From a virus (Duplodnaviria > Caudoviricetes): DNA of 40,610 nt. The stretch lies in the IMG/VR virus record IMGVR_UViG_3300046785_000038, positions 1-40,610 of that record, one strand, 5' to 3'. Below are positions 37,190 to 40,610 of the stretch, piece after piece; position 1 is the first letter of the stretch, and each line of letters opens with the position of its first letter. The notes beneath the pieces are model-generated. The model was not told the origin of the DNA. It saw only the letters and a list, made by a program, of their open reading frames with translations, and made no database searches. A program made the position numbers and the translations under genes.

Positions 37190-37514
37190 TGATTTTCTTT
37201 CTGATGAAACTGGATTCGCCTGTGTTGATGACCTGATGGGCAAAGGACCGGACATGACTGTAGTCGATTCCGGCCAGATCGCAGACGGTGATGAAGTCTG
37301 TTGCTGTAACTCCGGTTGTCGCGAAGAGCCATGCCTGTGCCCTGTTCCGTTCAAGAACTGCTTCTGCTGACTCATTCTCTGCCTCTGGTTTGGTTGCGTC
37401 GAGCATGGCCTGAAAGATAACGGCCATGAATAGTAGCCGGTGTGGATCACCAGCGGGTGTATCTGATAATACCTCTAACTGATCTTCAAGGTCAACGGAA
37501 ATCTTCGAGGACAC
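37167..37514 (-). CDS. conserved phage protein
   Basis: LFMAVIFQAMLDA...AQAWLF...DFITVCDLAGID. Confidence 0.7.
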   Translation of the reverse strand: MSSKISVDLEDQLEVLSDTPAGDPHRLLFMAVIFQAMLDATKPEAENESAEAVLERNRAQAWLFATTGVTATDFITVCDLAGIDYSHVRSFAHQVINTGESSFIRKKINAILNHS

Positions 37515-37956
37515 GGCTCATAACTTTCTTTTTCTTTTTGGCCGTCATGAACTCCTTCGGAATAAACCGGATTTTGTCGATGAAGCGATTGTAGAACAGG
37601 CGTTCGTCGTCTCCTAGCTTTTCCGTTAGGACATTGCAGACATGCTGAAGATGCGTCTCGCCATAGACCAGTCCGCTTCTTGTGTTGAACTCGGCAAGTA
37701 TCTCGAAGTGAAAATTACATTTGCCTTGTCGGTTTATATCTTCGTTGAGGGTACGTGATGAGGAGGTGTAGGTACGCCAGTCAGATGGCCGTATTCGTAC
37801 ACCCTTTCTATACTGGTGATACTGTTTCTTTCCTATGTATCTCTGGCCTGTCAACAGGTTGACGATAAGGTAGACAAAGCCGAAGGAGTTATCCGGGTCG
37901 AGTCGTATTCGTGATGGGTTCTTCCAATGTCCTCTACCGGACGACTTCTTCGACAT
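37492..37956 (-). CDS. GIY-YIG-like nuclease
   Basis: GFVYLIVNLLTGQRYIGKK...SDWRTYTSSS...FEIL...E...FYN. Confidence 0.75.
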   Translation of the reverse strand: MSKKSSGRGHWKNPSRIRLDPDNSFGFVYLIVNLLTGQRYIGKKQYHQYRKGVRIRPSDWRTYTSSSRTLNEDINRQGKCNFHFEILAEFNTRSGLVYGETHLQHVCNVLTEKLGDDERLFYNRFIDKIRFIPKEFMTAKKKKKVMSRVLEDFR

Positions 37957-38782
37957 TTGGTGTCTTTGCTACATGGGTTAAGTACTTCACTCCGTTGGCG
38001 TATCGGAATCCTCGGAGTCCTGCGCCGCCATTTGCATCGGCCCAGCATTCAAATTTATGGTCGCAGAACGTGCAACCCTTCGCCAATCCGAGGTTGCCCG
38101 ACTTCCCGTCTGGGATCGGATCGTGACATCGAGCAGGTGGCGTATCAGAAGACAGGACAGACTTGACATGGGAGACCCGCTCCTCTGCATTGATCATATG
38201 GTTGCCAGAGACGGTGCAGATTTGAATCTCACCGGACTCTTTGTTGATGGCAAGGAAGGCAGCACGATCATCACCACACGCCTGTGCGTAGCCGCTGATC
38301 TGCCCGATGTACCCGAAGGGATCATCCATGGCAAGGGTCAGAGCATCCTCGAACTTCTTCATACCGTACCGGGACGCTGTCTTCACATCGGTGACAACCC
38401 CGTCAATCCGGGCATCCATGTGTCCCTTGACGCCACCGATCTCGATCTCGCGCTGCTCGTCCTCAACTGAGTGCCCTGCTTCCTTGATCAGGAACAGGAT
38501 CAGAGCCTCCATCATATGGCCCATCAGGAACTTGATGCGTAGACTGTACGGCATTCCAGAATTGGGTGATGGCCTGTTGATGTCGTACCATAACTGACGG
38601 TCGGGCCGTCCCATGTTCGACATGCGAAGTGTCTTAGGTTTCTTGGCCGGTTCGGAGATGGATCGAAGAACAGCTTCGCGCATATCCGACAGCATGGTCT
38701 CGACGTTCTCGGGATTAGGATCGGTAATCCCCAGATCGAACATCATCTGTAGGTCTTGTGGAATGTCTTCGATACGTTTGAT
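37934..38782 (-). CDS. PD-(D/E)XK Cas4-like exonuclease
   Basis: LRMSNMGRPDRQLWY, GHMDARIDGVVTDVKTAS, YIGQISGY and CTFCDHKFECW. First ATG is 38746, but the SD suggests ATC 38782. Confidence 0.8.
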   Translation of the reverse strand: MKRIEDIPQDLQMMFDLGITDPNPENVETMLSDMREAVLRSISEPAKKPKTLRMSNMGRPDRQLWYDINRPSPNSGMPYSLRIKFLMGHMMEALILFLIKEAGHSVEDEQREIEIGGVKGHMDARIDGVVTDVKTASRYGMKKFEDALTLAMDDPFGYIGQISGYAQACGDDRAAFLAINKESGEIQICTVSGNHMINAEERVSHVKSVLSSDTPPARCHDPIPDGKSGNLGLAKGCTFCDHKFECWADANGGAGLRGFRYANGVKYLTHVAKTPNVEEVVR

Positions 38783-38839
38783 GACGCTGCCTCCTGAATT
38801 AGGTGGGGGTGGATAACGGGCACCCCCGGACCCGGACTA

Positions 38840-39340
38840 CTAGGCGGAGAACGATGCCCCGTTCCCGATTGCTGCAAGTTCAGCCATCGGATCTGGTGCT
38901 GACCCTGCATACTGCACAAGATCAACGACCTGAACCGCATTGAACCGGGCCGAGGTCGTGCCATACTTCTTGGAGTGTGAGGCAAAGTACACCACGTTCA
39001 CCGTGGAGCCGTTACCGATGAGAGTACTCTTCGGAATGGCGTTCATCTCGGCGTCAACGACACGAGGCTCAAAGGGAACCTCGATCCGATCACCGTCGGG
39101 ATCGTCAGGATTATTTTCCCAGACAACCGGCGGGTGCTTGAAGGTAATACACGGGGTGTAATCCTTCTTTGCGTTATCGTGAATGATCTTGTCGGCCAGA
39201 CCTTGGGCGGTCAGTTCGGCAATGTCGTCAACAGACAACGGACCAATATCAATGGAGTACTGGTAGTTGTCGGGGTACCTCGGGCTGTTGGTGGCTTCGT
39301 GTACCTTGGCCCAGTGAGCAGTTCCGGTAAGTGTAGGCAT
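38840..39340 (-). CDS. ssb: T7 gp2.5-like single-stranded DNA-binding protein
   Basis: AHWAKV, YSID, PRVVDA, LIGNGSTVNV and AVQVVDLVQY. AAGGA SD. Confidence 0.8.
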   Translation of the reverse strand: MPTLTGTAHWAKVHEATNSPRYPDNYQYSIDIGPLSVDDIAELTAQGLADKIIHDNAKKDYTPCITFKHPPVVWENNPDDPDGDRIEVPFEPRVVDAEMNAIPKSTLIGNGSTVNVVYFASHSKKYGTTSARFNAVQVVDLVQYAGSAPDPMAELAAIGNGASFSA

Positions 39341-39416
39341 AGTGTTTTCCTTTAGGTTTCTGGGGGTGTGCGAAGCCCCTCTGTATCGCACAATCTAACT
39401 TCTAGCAGTTCTCAAA

Positions 39417-39638
39417 CTAGAAGTCAAACCTTTCTTGATGACGATGGATGTCATCCAATTCCTTGATGTCTTCCATAAAATCTGTGTAGTCCTCTTTGAC
39501 GCTGTAGAACTTCAGGACTTCTTTCATGGCTTTTACGGGAGTATCGTGGGTGTTGTAGTCGCGACGGATGAAGTAGCGAAGCGATGCGGCAACAACCTCA
39601 TCGACCCATTCGTCACTCAGGTTTACTTCTATCTTCAT
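39417..39638 (-). CDS. hypothetical protein
   Basis: 73 aa, TAATG-coupled. Confidence 0.6.
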   Translation of the reverse strand: MKIEVNLSDEWVDEVVAASLRYFIRRDYNTHDTPVKAMKEVLKFYSVKEDYTDFMEDIKELDDIHRHQERFDF

Positions 39639-40120
39639 TATGCTGCCTCTTGCAGTGGTTTAAGTTTTTTGAAGTGAACGATCCAAGCAGGGTCACCCGG
39701 TCCGAGTACGTCAGCAATCTGCTCCTTGGTACGCCAGTACTTGTCTGTCATGGCCTCGGCCCCGTCGAAGTGTCCGACAACCGTTGCCCATGTGTGGTCC
39801 CTAGCGACATGAACAAAGCCGTACAAACCCGGCACATCACCGGGACGAAGTATCATATGACCTAATGAATAACTGCTGCGGACATGGGTGTCACCGACGT
39901 CAGGTCGCTTGAACTGATTGATGTTGGGGACGAACTTTCTGCCAGTGGCCTTGGCGTAGGCAATCTCCCCCATAACACCAAGTATTTCGTTCTTAGCTTC
40001 ATATCCACGACCTGTTGCGTTGCCGGGATTTAATCCCTGACGGCGCGACTCATCATAGATGTCTTGGGCTACCTGCTTGGCGTATTCGCTATCTTTGCTG
40101 GTTAACTTTACACGTTTCAT
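39638..40120 (-). CDS. hypothetical protein, possibly a degenerate PD-(D/E)XK fold
   Basis: GVMGEIAYAK...PDVGDTHVRS. Coupled to the polymerase stop. Confidence 0.55.
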   Translation of the reverse strand: MKRVKLTSKDSEYAKQVAQDIYDESRRQGLNPGNATGRGYEAKNEILGVMGEIAYAKATGRKFVPNINQFKRPDVGDTHVRSSYSLGHMILRPGDVPGLYGFVHVARDHTWATVVGHFDGAEAMTDKYWRTKEQIADVLGPGDPAWIVHFKKLKPLQEAA

Positions 40121-40610
40121 CAGTGTGTCTCCGACCAGTTATGGCCCATCTTCCAATCACAATCGAGTGGGCAGTTGAAAGATAGCTGCTCGGCCACGGC
40201 CTGTACAGCATTCTTTGAGATCAGTCCGATCTTCTCGGGATCGAGACTGGTGTCAGCCTCGATGCAGAGTTCGTCGTGAATCATGGCTACGATGTCAGCA
40301 CCCGGCGGTAACGTCTCGGATACGTTGATCAGCCACTGCTTGGCGATGACCGCAGCACATGATTGAAGTAGCGTGTTCAGGGCTGCGTGTTCTGAGCGGA
40401 CTCGGACGTGTCGCCCGTCGATGCCACGGACTGTGCCTGATGCCGCCTGTCTGGCAACTCTTCGCTGTAGGTCCGCAAATGATGGCATACCACGGAGATA
40501 TCGTTCCCTAATTGCAGCACCAGCATCTGCTCCGCCTCCGATAATTGTTCCCAGCTTTGCGTTTCCCGCCCCGTAAAGCAGTGCGTACGTAAAAGTTTTT
40601 GCTCCATCCC
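40120..40610 (-). CDS. polA: family A DNA polymerase, C-terminal part (5'-truncated)
   Basis: Frame is open to the window edge: DGAKTFTYALLYGAG (motif B), GIDGR, HAALNTLLQS, IHDEL (motif C) and NWSETH. Confidence 0.93.
   Translation of the reverse strand, partial: DGAKTFTYALLYGAGNAKLGTIIGGGADAGAAIRERYLRGMPSFADLQRRVARQAASGTVRGIDGRHVRVRSEHAALNTLLQSCAAVIAKQWLINVSETLPPGADIVAMIHDELCIEADTSLDPEKIGLISKNAVQAVAEQLSFNCPLDCDWKMGHNWSETH

Noticed and set aside
37492-37956. GIY-YIG protein as a mobile homing endonuclease or intron
   Set aside because: Free-standing, no interrupted host gene and no obvious DNA-binding extension.
37934-38782. Cas4-like gene as a CRISPR-Cas component
   Set aside because: No array or other cas genes; this is a usual replication-module exonuclease beside SSB.
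1-40610. Stop-codon reassignment, inteins, tRNAs
   Set aside because: Genes are full length under the standard code, all three stops are used, RNR has no insertion, and no cloverleaf was seen in the short intergenic gaps.

Overview
A 40.6 kb slice of a probably lytic, podovirus-like dsDNA phage genome, most like uncultured aquatic phages. It has two converging arms whose last stop codons abut at 28926/28927. The + arm (1-28926) is morphogenesis: portal, pesticin-type muramidase, GroES-like co-chaperonin, scaffold-like protein, decoration protein, major capsid protein, a cluster of tiny Lys/Arg-rich proteins, adaptors, several fibre genes with chaperones, nozzle, a GNAT-like protein and three probable ejection proteins. 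The - arm (28927-40610) is replication and metabolism: the 3' end of a T7-type PolA (Tyr762 type), SSB, Cas4-like exonuclease, GIY-YIG protein, DUF3310, FkbM methyltransferase, ThyX, class II (B12) RNR, a glycosyltransferase/Maf-like/methyltransferase cluster and holin-like proteins. I saw no integrase, tRNA, CRISPR array or reverse transcriptase. Main leads: (1) a short [FYML]-x-x-G-G-x-[VI] tag recurring in seven unrelated, probably capsid-internal proteins; (2) a possible virion-glycosylation system pairing the GT/Maf/MT genes with a 68-unit x-Ala-x Ser/Thr-rich fibre repeat; (3) small translational-control oddities, including a likely AUC start, structured leaders around ssb and a 13-codon bridging minigene. 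All family assignments come from motifs recognised by eye; no searches were run.
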